Of a DNA stretch of 64,000 nucleotides, positions 9,824-18,834 are shown one piece after another. Source of the DNA: a bacterium. GTDB taxonomy: Bacteria > Actinomycetota > Acidimicrobiia > Spongiisociales > Spongiisociaceae. The translations under genes were made by a program, and so were the position numbers. The stretch spans positions 5,797 to 69,796 of the forward strand of contig JAPPHZ010000011.1 in assembly GCA_028820935.1 (NCBI GenBank). The letters run 5' to 3'. The first letter of the stretch is position 1. Each line of letters starts with the position of its first letter. The notes beneath the pieces were generated by a model that was given only the letters and a program-made list of their open reading frames with translations, searched no databases and was not told the DNA's origin.

Positions 9824-10579
9824 TTGCCGCCACCGGCGTTGCCGGCACTTCCAACTACGCTGGCCTCCGTGCGCTTCCGGCTGTTCGGGTTCCCCGTCCA
9901 CATCCATTTCACCTTCCTGCTCGTCCTGGTGCTGCTGTTCGACACCGGACTCGGCCCGGTCGCCACGACCCTGTGGGCGCTCGCCATCCTGATTTCGGTG
10001 GTCCTGCACGAACTGGGCCACGCGGCAACCGTTCGGCGCCTCGGCGGCCATGTCGAGGGCATCACCATCTACGCGCTGGGCGGGGCGACCTACTGGAGAG
10101 AGCGGGAGATCCCCCTCGGGGGCTGGAGGCTGTTCGCCATCGCCGCATCGGGCTCCGCGGTGGGCCTCTTCGCCGGCCTTGGCCTCTACTGGTACGCCCG
10201 CCTGGGTGGCCTGGGCCGGTTCGGTGAGTTGGCGATCGAGAGCCCGTGGCGCGTCCACCTGGCGGCCGCCGATCGTTACGGGGAGTATCTGGTGTTCTTC
10301 GTAGGGGCCTTCATCTGGGTGTCCGTGGTATGGGGGCTGGTCAACTGGCTGCCGATCGGCGGGCTGGACGGGTCGAAGATGCTTCGTGCCGTGCTGATCA
10401 AGATGCTGGGCCCGAGCGGCGATCTCCACTCCCGGATCATCGGGATGATCGTGGGTGTGGCGGCGGCGGTCTGGGCCTGGCAACGAGGTCTCGTGCTGGC
10501 CGCCGTGCTGGCGGTCGTGTTCGCCGGGGCGGACCTGGTGGCGTACCGGCGTCCCATCATGCGCCCACCCTCACCCTGA
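9824..10579 (+). CDS. Site-2 protease family (M50) intramembrane metalloprotease
   Basis: HELGHA zinc motif and LDGS motif in a polytopic membrane protein. The true start may be the GTG near 9869 (VRFRLFGFPVHIHF). Confidence 0.7.
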   Translation: MPPPALPALPTTLASVRFRLFGFPVHIHFTFLLVLVLLFDTGLGPVATTLWALAILISVVLHELGHAATVRRLGGHVEGITIYALGGATYWREREIPLGGWRLFAIAASGSAVGLFAGLGLYWYARLGGLGRFGELAIESPWRVHLAAADRYGEYLVFFVGAFIWVSVVWGLVNWLPIGGLDGSKMLRAVLIKMLGPSGDLHSRIIGMIVGVAAAVWAWQRGLVLAAVLAVVFAGADLVAYRRPIMRPPSP

Positions 10580-10918
10580 CCGCGCCTTCCTTCCGAAGAC
10601 CCGGCCATCCGCCCGAGCAGGCCTCCCCGGGGCCCGGCGGTGCGTCCGAACCGAGCCAGCCGAGGTGAAGCCTGCAATGAGGCAGGAAAGTTGTGGTTGA
10701 GTGGTGGTCGTGGTTCGAATTATTGATGTACAGGATGTCTAGCTGTGCTATACGATGCCGTGATCTATCACAGCCTGAACAGGTATCTCAGCCCAGAGTG
10801 AGAAAAATTTCAGAGAGTCAGAGAATTTCTACCCCTGTTTGGTGACTCACTTCCGGTTCTGGCTCCGATACGCTGCCTCCGGTAGCGATAGCTATACCGC
10901 ATCGGAGCGCATCAAGCC
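10580..10918. promoter_or_regulatory. Low-GC intergenic region (339 bp) upstream of a two-gene hypothetical operon, containing near-palindromes and heptamer-like GTTGTGG repeats
   Basis: The region is visibly AT-richer than its flanks. It contains GTGATCTATCAC, GAAAAATTTC and GAGAATTTCTAC, and the run AGTTGTGGTTGAGTGGTGGTCGTGGTTCGA at 10689-10718. Confidence 0.35.
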
Positions 10919-11845
10919 ATGAATCACCTAGTAGAGAAGATGCTATTCATCGTATTCGTGGCTGGGGTGCTGGCAGCGGTGCTCATGATCACCGGACCGA
11001 TCAGGACATCGCAGCGAGCAGCCCCCTCTTCGACGGCCGCGCCTCCTGCGGCAGGGGGGCAAGAGACCGGCCAGGCCACGCCCGAGTGGGCCACGCCCCC
11101 GGAATCGGTCGCGACGGATGCGGAGTCGGAAGGCGGTGATCCGACCGCCGCCACGGGCCATGACCACAGTCACGACACCGATCCGTCGGCGTGGCTGACG
11201 GGTACCACCGTCCGCTATCCGCCCGAGACGGGGGAGGAGGTCGGGCGGGCGTCCACCCTGTCCGCCCTCGCTCCAGCGGACGCAGTTGCAGACTCGGATC
11301 CGGCAGCTGAGCTCCGGGCGATGGAACCGGGGCAGTGCCCTCCGATCGAAGAACTGTGGGTCGCGGACGGCCGTCCGGTCGAGGATCCGTGCACGCTGGC
11401 CGAGGTCCAGCGGGCCACGTACCTGGCATACACCGGCACGGACCCCCAGCGCCGCTCGGCCATCAGGAACGGTCCCCTGCTCGATGAGGTGTTCGCCGCG
11501 CTGGACGACTTCGGTCGGACCCACGACGCCGCTCTCTACCACCCGGAGCGGCGCGGCCGGTCCAGCGTGGTATTCGAGGAGATCGTGTGGCGGGGCGGTC
11601 CGGAGGCCGACCGCGGGGTGATAGCGGTCCGTTACCGGCTCCACCATCCCGACTTCGTTCCCACCGATCTATTCCTCGACACCCTCGTCCAGGTGGACGG
11701 GGAATGGAAGCTCTCTTACAGGAGGTCCTACTGCGTGAAGGTCCTGGTGATCATGGAGCACATAGGAAGCGATGTCCGCTGTCCCCGTGACCCGACCCCC
11801 GAGGTCAACGAGGACGAGGCGCCCGGTTCCACGGGTAGGTACTGA
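10919..11845 (+). CDS. Hypothetical membrane-anchored protein with one N-terminal TM helix, an acidic low-complexity linker and a C-terminal NTF2-like or SnoaL-like domain
   Basis: The TM helix is LFIVFVAGVLAAVLMI and the C-terminus has VDGEWKLSYRR. GC3 is high after the first codons. Its stop overlaps the next gene start (TGATG). Confidence 0.6.
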   Translation: MNHLVEKMLFIVFVAGVLAAVLMITGPIRTSQRAAPSSTAAPPAAGGQETGQATPEWATPPESVATDAESEGGDPTAATGHDHSHDTDPSAWLTGTTVRYPPETGEEVGRASTLSALAPADAVADSDPAAELRAMEPGQCPPIEELWVADGRPVEDPCTLAEVQRATYLAYTGTDPQRRSAIRNGPLLDEVFAALDDFGRTHDAALYHPERRGRSSVVFEEIVWRGGPEADRGVIAVRYRLHHPDFVPTDLFLDTLVQVDGEWKLSYRRSYCVKVLVIMEHIGSDVRCPRDPTPEVNEDEAPGSTGRY

Positions 11846-13119
11846 TGGCTCGGATGCGTAGGCACCTGCGGGATCTCCCGGTACCTGCCGAACAGGCGCC
11901 TGCTGCGGTCGGCTGGTTGGTGCTGGTGGGCTTGCTCGTGGCCGCTGCCCTGTGGGCTTCCGAGCCGGGCGGGGCCCACCCCACCGAGACTTCGTGGCAG
12001 CCGGGCCGGACGGTGGCGACATGGGACTGGGAGCAGCACTGGAACTACTGGAAGAAGCTGGAGTGCATCCAGACCAACATGGAGACGGGCACGGGCGAGA
12101 TCACCTGTGCGAAATGGAAGTCCGTCGGCAACCTGTGGAGGGCCTGTGGCCCCAGGATCAGCCCGCCGCAGCCGGGCAGGATCAACAGCTGTGGCATCGG
12201 GCGCGGCGGGCACGCCCCGCACGGGGACGGCGTCACGGTCAAGTACCGGTACCTGAACAGGCACGAGGACCGCCTCGGTCCCAGGTACTACGTGTGCGCC
12301 GGGAACAGGAATCTGCCGGCCGACACCAGCCCCGGCAACTGCGGGACCTGGGTGAAGGTGGACCACGCACACTGTGCCGAGGATCCGAGCGCCCATCCGC
12401 CCGACTGCCCGACCACGACAACCAATCGGGAGATACCGCCCGATTCCGTTACCGACACTACCCGGGGAACCACCGCGACCACTAGGCATGCCACGACTAC
12501 CACCAGAAGGCGAACCACCACCACCCGGCGGCCGACCGTGACCACCAGGCCGGCTACGCCCACCACCGTCAGGCCCCCTCCGCCTCCTCCGCCGCCTGCG
12601 TGCACGGTGGCCGGCGCCGTCACCTCCTTCCATGACACCATCGACGCCATGGCCGCCCCGTCGCTGGGCTTCCGGCCGGTCCGGAACGGCTACGTGAGGG
12701 TGCCTGTCCAGGCCTACTACCAGGGGTATCCGTCCCGGATCTATACCGAGCGGATCGACGGCGAGCGGGTGTCCATCCGGATCTGGGTGAGCCGGATGTC
12801 CTGGGTGATGACCGGCCTGGGGAGGCCCGACGGGACGGAGCTCGGCATCAGGACTTTCCGCCGCAGTGCGCCGGGCTACCACGATGCCAACTCGTTGACG
12901 ACCCCGGTCGAAGTCCGGTTCGGGGGCGACGAGGCGGTATACCTCAGGTCCTCGCTGCGGGCGGGCTACCCGAGCGGGTATCCGGTGGATCTGACAGTGG
13001 TGTGGAGCGGCGAGTGTCAGGAGTCCGGTACTTCCGGCTGGACCAGCCTCGGAACAAGGAGCCAGGACGCCGGCTTTTCCTACCGGGTATTCGCCATCCG
13101 CAGCCGCCCCAGCGGCTGA
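11845..13119 (+). CDS. Hypothetical exported protein with a signal or anchor helix, a Cys- and Trp-rich N-domain, a Thr/Arg/Pro-rich linker and poly-Pro, and a C-terminal domain
   Basis: Translationally coupled to the preceding ORF. The linker is TTTTRRRTTTTRRPTVTTRPATPTTVRPPPPPPPP. Codon bias is consistent with coding. The 593-aa ORF on the opposite strand is an artefact. Confidence 0.6.
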   Translation: MARMRRHLRDLPVPAEQAPAAVGWLVLVGLLVAAALWASEPGGAHPTETSWQPGRTVATWDWEQHWNYWKKLECIQTNMETGTGEITCAKWKSVGNLWRACGPRISPPQPGRINSCGIGRGGHAPHGDGVTVKYRYLNRHEDRLGPRYYVCAGNRNLPADTSPGNCGTWVKVDHAHCAEDPSAHPPDCPTTTTNREIPPDSVTDTTRGTTATTRHATTTTRRRTTTTRRPTVTTRPATPTTVRPPPPPPPPACTVAGAVTSFHDTIDAMAAPSLGFRPVRNGYVRVPVQAYYQGYPSRIYTERIDGERVSIRIWVSRMSWVMTGLGRPDGTELGIRTFRRSAPGYHDANSLTTPVEVRFGGDEAVYLRSSLRAGYPSGYPVDLTVVWSGECQESGTSGWTSLGTRSQDAGFSYRVFAIRSRPSG

Positions 13120-13243
13120 GGCCTGTGCCGAATGGACGCCGCAAACGCTAGCGCTCGACGAGGGGTCGAACCGGTCGGGGAGTACCCGGCGTGGTGACCG
13201 GTAAGCTTGACCTGCGCGAGGCTGCAGCTGTTCGGAGTCAAGG

Positions 13244-13489
13244 GTGCTGTTGCACGGAGAACTGCGACTCGCAAGCGTGGAGGAACCTGTGGAAGCGGCG
13301 ATGGGGATCATATTCGAGGTGACGGAGGCGCCGGAGGGCGGCTTCGATGCGCGAGCTCTGGGCCACAGCATCTTCACGCAGGGTGAAGACTGGGCCGATC
13401 TCAAGGCGATGGTCACCGACGCCGTCCGCTGCCACTTCGGAGACGGGGACGAGCAACGGCTGGCACGGTGGCTATTAGTCAGTGGCTGA
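13244..13489 (+). CDS. HicB-like (UPF0150) small protein, apparently an orphan antitoxin-like gene
   Basis: The sequence MGIIFEVTEAPEGGFDARALGHSIFTQGEDWADLKAMVTDAVRCHF matches the HicB/UPF0150 N-domain pattern. I could not find a HicA-like ORF on either flank. The start is ambiguous (GTG 13244 or ATG 13301). Confidence 0.4.
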   Translation: MLLHGELRLASVEEPVEAAMGIIFEVTEAPEGGFDARALGHSIFTQGEDWADLKAMVTDAVRCHFGDGDEQRLARWLLVSG

Positions 13490-13506
13490 TGTTCATCGGT
13501 TAGATC

Positions 13507-13545
13507 CAACTAGCAACTAGCAACTAGCAACCACGGACTAGCTAG
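13507..13545. repeat. (CAACTAG)x3 tandem heptamer array followed by CAACC and ACTAGCTAG
   Basis: Exact tandem copies lie at 13507-13527, 10 nt upstream of the phosphohexomutase ATG. It is the reverse complement of the array at 16765-16820. Confidence 0.85.
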
Positions 13546-13555
13546 TGTCGGCTCT

Positions 13556-15286
13556 ATGAGCGACGTGGTGGAGCGGGCCAGGGCGTGGATCCTGGGCGAT
13601 CCCGATCCCCACACCAGAGCCGAGTTGAGCGCACTGCTCGACTCCGGAGACCGGGCCGAGTTGGCCGATCGGATGGACGGGACGCTCGCCTTCGGCACAG
13701 CCGGCCTGCGCGGGATCGTGGAAGCCGGTTCCAACCGGATGAACCGCGCCACGGTCATACGGGCCACCCGTGGGCTGGCCGACTTCCTGTTGGCCCGCCA
13801 CGGGGGAGCCCCGGCCGCTCCGGTAGTGGTTGGCCGCGATGCCCGGCCGTCCAGTTCGGACTTCATGCGCGATGTGGTCGGGGTGCTGAGCGCCGCCGGT
13901 CTGGCGGTCAGGTTCTGGGAGGAGGAGGTTCCGACTCCGCTGGTGGCCTATGCGGTCCGGGCCCTGGGCGCCTGCGCCGGCGTGATGATCACCGCCAGCC
14001 ACAACCCGCCCCGCGATAACGGCTACAAGGTCTATGACGCCAACGGTGCCCAGATCATCCCTCCGGTCGACGCCGGCATCTCCGCAGCCATCGACCGGGT
14101 GGGTTCGGCGGTCGATGTTCCCCGCATGGATGCACCGCTCCAGGAAGGCAGGGAGGGGACGGGTCGCGTCTCTCCCGATGTCTGGGACGGGTACCGGAAC
14201 GAGCTGGCCCGGCTGCGGTCGACCGCGACGGTCGATCCCGGCCTGCGGATCGTCTACACGCCGATGCATGGGGTGGGTTGGCGGTACCTGCGCGAGCTGC
14301 TGGCCGGAGCCGGTTACCTCGATGTTCACCCTGTTGAGGAGCAGGCCGAACCGGACGGGCGCTTCCCGACCCTGCCGTTCCCCAATCCCGAGGAACCGGG
14401 CGCCATGGACCTGGCACTGGCGCTGGCGGGGAAGGTCGGCGCCGACCTGGTGCTGGCCAACGATCCTGACGCCGACCGGTTGGGGGTGGCGGTGCCCGGC
14501 GCCGATGGATGGGTCGGCCTCACCGGCAACCAGGTGGGCGTGCTGCTGACCGACTTCATTCTCTCGCACCGGCCGGCCGGTGGGGAGCCGCGCGGCAGGC
14601 AACCACTCGTTGTCAGCACCATCGTCAGCTCGCCCATGGCCGGACTGGTGGCGGCCGCTCGAGGGGCCCGCTTCGAGACCACCCTGACCGGCTTCAAGTG
14701 GATCATGAACGCGGCGCTCGACATCGAGTCCGAGGGCCGGGGTGTCCTGGCCTTTGGATTCGAGGAGGCACTGGGCCATGCGGTGGGGGGTTTGGTGTGC
14801 GACAAGGACGGCCTGTCGGCCGCCCTGTTCATGGCCGATCTGGCATCCGAGTGCCGGAGCCGGGGCGAGACGGTGCTCGACCGGCTGGAGGCACTGTATC
14901 GCCGGTTCGGGCTGTGGGTCTCGGTCCAGCACAGCATCAGGAGGTCGGGAGCGGCCGGAGCGAGCGAGATCAGCGGCGCCATGCGACGGTTGGCGGAACA
15001 CCCCCCGGATGCCTTGGGAGGAGTGGCGGTGGTGGGAATGACCGATTACCGGGAGGGCGCCGAACGGAGGCCTCGGTGGCTCGGAGCAGCGTCCCTGGTG
15101 GAGCTACGGCTCCAGGATCGAACCCGGGTGCTCGTCCGGCCGAGTGGCACCGAGCCCAAGCTTAAGATGTACGTGGATTCCACCCGCCCGGTTACCGGAT
15201 CCGATGACCCGTCCGGAGTCGAACGCGACCTGGAGGGGCATGCCGGAGCGGTGGCATCCGACCTGGCCGGCTATATCGGCCTGTAG
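13556..15286 (+). CDS. Phosphomannomutase/phosphoglucomutase (alpha-D-phosphohexomutase)
   Basis: The active-site loop TASHNPPRDNGYKVY and the metal-binding DPDADR motif are present across four-domain length (576 aa). Confidence 0.85.
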   Translation: MSDVVERARAWILGDPDPHTRAELSALLDSGDRAELADRMDGTLAFGTAGLRGIVEAGSNRMNRATVIRATRGLADFLLARHGGAPAAPVVVGRDARPSSSDFMRDVVGVLSAAGLAVRFWEEEVPTPLVAYAVRALGACAGVMITASHNPPRDNGYKVYDANGAQIIPPVDAGISAAIDRVGSAVDVPRMDAPLQEGREGTGRVSPDVWDGYRNELARLRSTATVDPGLRIVYTPMHGVGWRYLRELLAGAGYLDVHPVEEQAEPDGRFPTLPFPNPEEPGAMDLALALAGKVGADLVLANDPDADRLGVAVPGADGWVGLTGNQVGVLLTDFILSHRPAGGEPRGRQPLVVSTIVSSPMAGLVAAARGARFETTLTGFKWIMNAALDIESEGRGVLAFGFEEALGHAVGGLVCDKDGLSAALFMADLASECRSRGETVLDRLEALYRRFGLWVSVQHSIRRSGAAGASEISGAMRRLAEHPPDALGGVAVVGMTDYREGAERRPRWLGAASLVELRLQDRTRVLVRPSGTEPKLKMYVDSTRPVTGSDDPSGVERDLEGHAGAVASDLAGYIGL

Positions 15287-15318
15287 AAGATAGGCCGAAC
15301 ACCTTTGGGAGGAACGCG

Positions 15319-16764
15319 ATGACGGTGGTAACCGAGCTTTTCCAGGGTCCGAAGACCCAGCTCCGGATCGGGGGCGACTGGACGGCGGGGGATGGAGAGC
15401 TCGACGTCATCGATCCAGCTACCGAACAGGTACTGGCGGCCGTCTCCACCGCGGGAATCGGACAGGCCCGCCTGGCGGTGGACGCAGCCTCCGAAGCAGC
15501 ACCCGGATGGGCGGCCACCGCTCCGCGACGGCGATCGGACATCCTTCGGCGGGCCTACGACCTGATGCTCGAGCGGGAGGAACAGCTGGCCGAGCTGATC
15601 ATCCTCGAGAACGGCAAGTCCTATGCCGACGCCATCGGGGAGGTTCGATACGGCGCCGAGTTCTTCCGGTGGTTCTCGGAGGAGGCGGTCCGGATCATGG
15701 GCGAGATACGCACCGCTCCGCGAGGCGACAAACGGATCGTCGTGCTACCCGAGCCGGTCGGGGTCTCCCTCATGGTCACCCCGTGGAACTTCCCGTCGGC
15801 CATGGCGACCCGCAAGATCGCGCCCGCCCTGGCGGCCGGATGCACCACCATCCTCAAGCCTGCCTCCGACACCCCGCTCTCGGCTCTGGCTGTGGCGGAC
15901 ATCCTGGCGGAAGCTGGCGCCCCTCCCGGGACCGTCAACGTGGTGATGGCGCGGGGTTCCTCCGGAGTGGTTGACGTCATGCTCGACGACCCGCGGGTGA
16001 GGAAGCTGTCCTTCACGGGCTCCACCGAGGTCGGTCGGATCCTGATGGAGAAGGCCGGGCGCCGCATCCTCCGGACCAGCATGGAGCTGGGTGGTAATGC
16101 CCCGTTCGTCGTCTTCGACGATGCCGACATCGAGGCCGCCGTCCAGGGCGCCGTGGTGGCCAAGATGCGCGTCGCCGGCGAGACCTGCGTGGCCGCCAAC
16201 CGCTTCTACGTGCAGTCGGGCGTGGCGCGACAGTTCACCGACCGCTTGACCGAGGCGATGGCGGGTCTCCGGGTGGGCCCGGGCATCGACAGGTCCAACG
16301 AGGTCGGCCCGATGATCAACACTGCCGCGGTCGAGAAGATCGACCGCCTGGTCTCGGGCGCGGTCGACGACCAGGCCACGGTCTGTACCGGCGGAGCGGC
16401 GCCGGATGGTCCCGGTTACTTCTACCAGCCCACCGTTCTGTCGGAGGTCGCTCCCGACGCAGCGATCCTCGGTCATGAGATCTTCGGGCCGGTTGCCCCG
16501 GTGGTGTCCTTCGACTCAGAGGAGGAGGTCATCGAGGCCGCCAACAACACCATCCACGGCCTGATCTCCTACGTGTACACCGGAGACATGAACCGGGCCT
16601 TCCGGGTCGGCGAGGCGATCGAGTCGGGAATGGTGGCGCTCAACCGGGGCATCATCTCGGACGAGGCGGCGCCATTCGGTGGCGTGAAGGAGTCAGGCGT
16701 GGGCCGCGAGGGCAGCCACCACGGCATGGAGGAGTTCCTGGAGCTGAAGTACCTGGCTTGGTAG
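15319..16764 (+). CDS. gabD: NAD(P)-dependent aldehyde dehydrogenase, succinate-semialdehyde dehydrogenase-like
   Basis: ALDH family hallmarks are present (ELGGNAP, catalytic Cys in GETCVAANR). The stop TAG is fused to the heptamer array. Confidence 0.8.
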   Translation: MTVVTELFQGPKTQLRIGGDWTAGDGELDVIDPATEQVLAAVSTAGIGQARLAVDAASEAAPGWAATAPRRRSDILRRAYDLMLEREEQLAELIILENGKSYADAIGEVRYGAEFFRWFSEEAVRIMGEIRTAPRGDKRIVVLPEPVGVSLMVTPWNFPSAMATRKIAPALAAGCTTILKPASDTPLSALAVADILAEAGAPPGTVNVVMARGSSGVVDVMLDDPRVRKLSFTGSTEVGRILMEKAGRRILRTSMELGGNAPFVVFDDADIEAAVQGAVVAKMRVAGETCVAANRFYVQSGVARQFTDRLTEAMAGLRVGPGIDRSNEVGPMINTAAVEKIDRLVSGAVDDQATVCTGGAAPDGPGYFYQPTVLSEVAPDAAILGHEIFGPVAPVVSFDSEEEVIEAANNTIHGLISYVYTGDMNRAFRVGEAIESGMVALNRGIISDEAAPFGGVKESGVGREGSHHGMEEFLELKYLAW

Positions 16765-16835
16765 TTGCTAGTTGCTAGTTGCTAGTTGCTAGTTGCTAGT
16801 TGCTAGTTGCTAGTTGCTAGCAAATGTTAGCAACT
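16762..16835. repeat. (TTGCTAG)x8 perfect tandem heptamer array starting in the stop codon, ending in the palindrome TTGCTAGCAA and a partial inverted copy TTAGCAACT
   Basis: Eight exact copies lie at 16765-16820. CTAG is self-complementary, so TAG occurs in all three frames on both strands. Confidence 0.9.
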
Positions 16836-17005
16836 CCTGACACTGACCACTCCTTGGGGCAGACCGACTAGGGAGACTCGTGGCCGTTCGGGAGAAGGCT
16901 CCGGGTTGTTCCAGTAGGTCAGTCCCCGTATGGGGCTTGTTAACTATTCTCGGGGCGGATCGTTTCTGATAGCCGGGATCGACCGACCGTGGTCGTGTTC
17001 CCGGG

Positions 17006-17962
17006 GTGGGAGGTACGGTGTCTGCCGAGAGGGCGACCGACCGGGTTTCGCTGACGGGAGCGGACGGACCGCGCTCGTACCAGGCCGGTCCCGTGGTAAC
17101 CGGGAAGCACGTGGAACTCGATGCGGTGATGGCCAAGGCGGGCGCGGAGAACTTCCCGGTTGCGCTTCGCCTGCTCCCGAGAGAAACACGCCGGCACCTG
17201 GAGGCCATCTACGGTTACGCCCGGCTCGTGGATGATCTGGGGGACGAGTTCCCGGGAGACCGATCCGCCGCCCTTGACTGGGTCGATTCGGAACTGGACG
17301 CTCTTTTCTCTGGCTCACCCCGCCATCCCGTGTTTCGCCGGCTGGCGCCCATGGTCGACGGCTTCGGCGTGCCGCGCCGGCCCTTCGATCGGTTGCTGGC
17401 GGCCAACCGGCTGGACCAGCACAAGACCCGCTACGAGACCCGCCAAGAACTGCTCGACTACTGCGCCCTGTCCGCCAACCCGGTCGGCCACATGGTGCTG
17501 GCGGTCTTCGAGGCGACCACCCCGGAACGCCTCGCCGCATCGGACGCGGTGTGCAGCGGCCTCCAGGTACTGGAGCACCTCCAGGACGTGGCCGAGGATG
17601 CGAGGGCCGGACGCGTCTACCTGCCCGCCGAGGACATGGCGCGGTTCGGGTGCTCGGTCGAGGACCTCTCGGCCCCCGAAGCCGGGACCGCCCTCCGGGA
17701 ACTGGTCGCCTACGAGTCGGGATTCGCCCGTGAGCTGGTCGAGGAGGGCTTTCCACTGGTCCGGTCCCTGACCGGGTACGCCCGCCTGGCGATATCGGGC
17801 TTCGTGGCAGGGGGGCTGGCCGGCCTGGACGCCATCGAGAAGGCCGGCTTCGAGGTGTTGGGCGGCACCCGGCGCGCCGGCCGAGCGGGCATCCTCCGCC
17901 GCTTCATCCGCGTCTACCTGGGTCGGCGACGCCAGGGGGACCGCGCGAAAGCAAGTCCGTGA
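17006..17962 (+). CDS. hpnC: Squalene/phytoene synthase family, HpnC-like hydroxysqualene synthase
   Basis: The ENFPVALRLLP and YGYARLVDDLGD motifs are present. A GTG start has GGGAGG 5 nt upstream. The gene overlaps hpnD by 4 nt. Confidence 0.7.
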   Translation: MGGTVSAERATDRVSLTGADGPRSYQAGPVVTGKHVELDAVMAKAGAENFPVALRLLPRETRRHLEAIYGYARLVDDLGDEFPGDRSAALDWVDSELDALFSGSPRHPVFRRLAPMVDGFGVPRRPFDRLLAANRLDQHKTRYETRQELLDYCALSANPVGHMVLAVFEATTPERLAASDAVCSGLQVLEHLQDVAEDARAGRVYLPAEDMARFGCSVEDLSAPEAGTALRELVAYESGFARELVEEGFPLVRSLTGYARLAISGFVAGGLAGLDAIEKAGFEVLGGTRRAGRAGILRRFIRVYLGRRRQGDRAKASP

Positions 17963-18834
17963 CCCCCGAGCGCGCATACGAGACGTGCGAGCGGATTACC
18001 TGGGAGGCGGCCCGCAACTTCGCCTACGGCATCCGGCTGCTTCCCCCTCCCAAGCGCCGGGCCATGGCCGCGCTCTATGCCATGGCGAGGCGCATCGACG
18101 ACGTCGGAGACGGAACCTGGCCCCGCGACCGCAAGCTCGAGGAGCTGGAAAAGCTCCATGGGGCGATAGAGAGCCTTCGCGCCGGAGACGTGGAGGACCG
18201 CGACGATCCCGTGCTGGTGGCCCTGGCCGACGCCGCGGCCCGTTACCCGATCCCGGTCGGGGCACTGCACGAGATCGTCGAAGGTTGCGAGATGGACGTG
18301 CGGGGCGCGGAGTACGCCACGATGGAGGACACGATCCGTTACTGCCGGCTGGTGGCGGGGTCGGTGGGCCGCCTCTCGCTCGGCGTGTTCGGAGTCCGAG
18401 GCGGCCGGCGGCGGGAGCCGGTGGGGGAGAGCGAGGCTTCCCGGATGGCTGATGATCTGGGCGTGGCCTTCCAGCTGACCAACATGCTGCGGGATATCGC
18501 GGAGGATCTGCGGATGGGTCGCATATACCTTCCAGAGCAGGAACGGGATCGCTTCGGCATAGCGCCTGGTCGGTGGACCCCGCCGGAGCGGGTCGGCGCC
18601 ATGGTCGAATACGTGGCGGGTCAGGCCTCGGTCTGGTTCGACAGCGGCCTGGTGCTGCTGGCGCATCTAGACCATCGCAGCCGGTCCTGCACGGCCGCCA
18701 TGGCGGGGATCTACCGGCGGCTCCTGCGGCGGATGCGCGCCCAGCCCACCCTTCCCCTCACCGAGCGCGTCAGCCTCCCGGCCTGGGAGAAGGGCCTGGT
18801 GGCGGTTCGTAGCATCTCCGGTCTGCAGCCGTGA
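17959..18834 (+). CDS. hpnD: Squalene/phytoene synthase family, HpnD-like presqualene diphosphate synthase
   Basis: The NFAYGIRLLPPPKRRAMAALYAMARRIDDVGD motif is present, a second trans-isoprenyl diphosphate synthase head-to-head paralogue. Overlapping stop and start. Confidence 0.7.
   Translation: MTPERAYETCERITWEAARNFAYGIRLLPPPKRRAMAALYAMARRIDDVGDGTWPRDRKLEELEKLHGAIESLRAGDVEDRDDPVLVALADAAARYPIPVGALHEIVEGCEMDVRGAEYATMEDTIRYCRLVAGSVGRLSLGVFGVRGGRRREPVGESEASRMADDLGVAFQLTNMLRDIAEDLRMGRIYLPEQERDRFGIAPGRWTPPERVGAMVEYVAGQASVWFDSGLVLLAHLDHRSRSCTAAMAGIYRRLLRRMRAQPTLPLTERVSLPAWEKGLVAVRSISGLQP

Noticed and set aside
10690-10730. tRNA suggested by GGTTCGAAT (T-loop-like) at about 10711
   Set aside because: Flanking sequence cannot form a T-stem, acceptor stem or anticodon arm. 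No cloverleaf.
13120-13243. HicA-like toxin partner for the HicB-like ORF
   Set aside because: Only short ORFs without the HicA GSH or dsRBD-like pattern are present on either strand.
11728-13509. 593-aa ORF on the minus strand covering the hypothetical pair and the HicB-like gene
   Set aside because: Arg, Pro and Gly-rich, low-complexity translation typical of the antisense frame of high-GC genes. The plus-strand genes have TM helices, sensible composition and translational coupling.
13538-15001. 487-aa ORF antisense to the phosphohexomutase
   Set aside because: Same reasoning. The phosphohexomutase active-site motifs are on the plus strand.
13507-16820. CRISPR array
   Set aside because: The repeats are 7-bp perfect tandems with no spacers, so they are microsatellite-like, not CRISPR.
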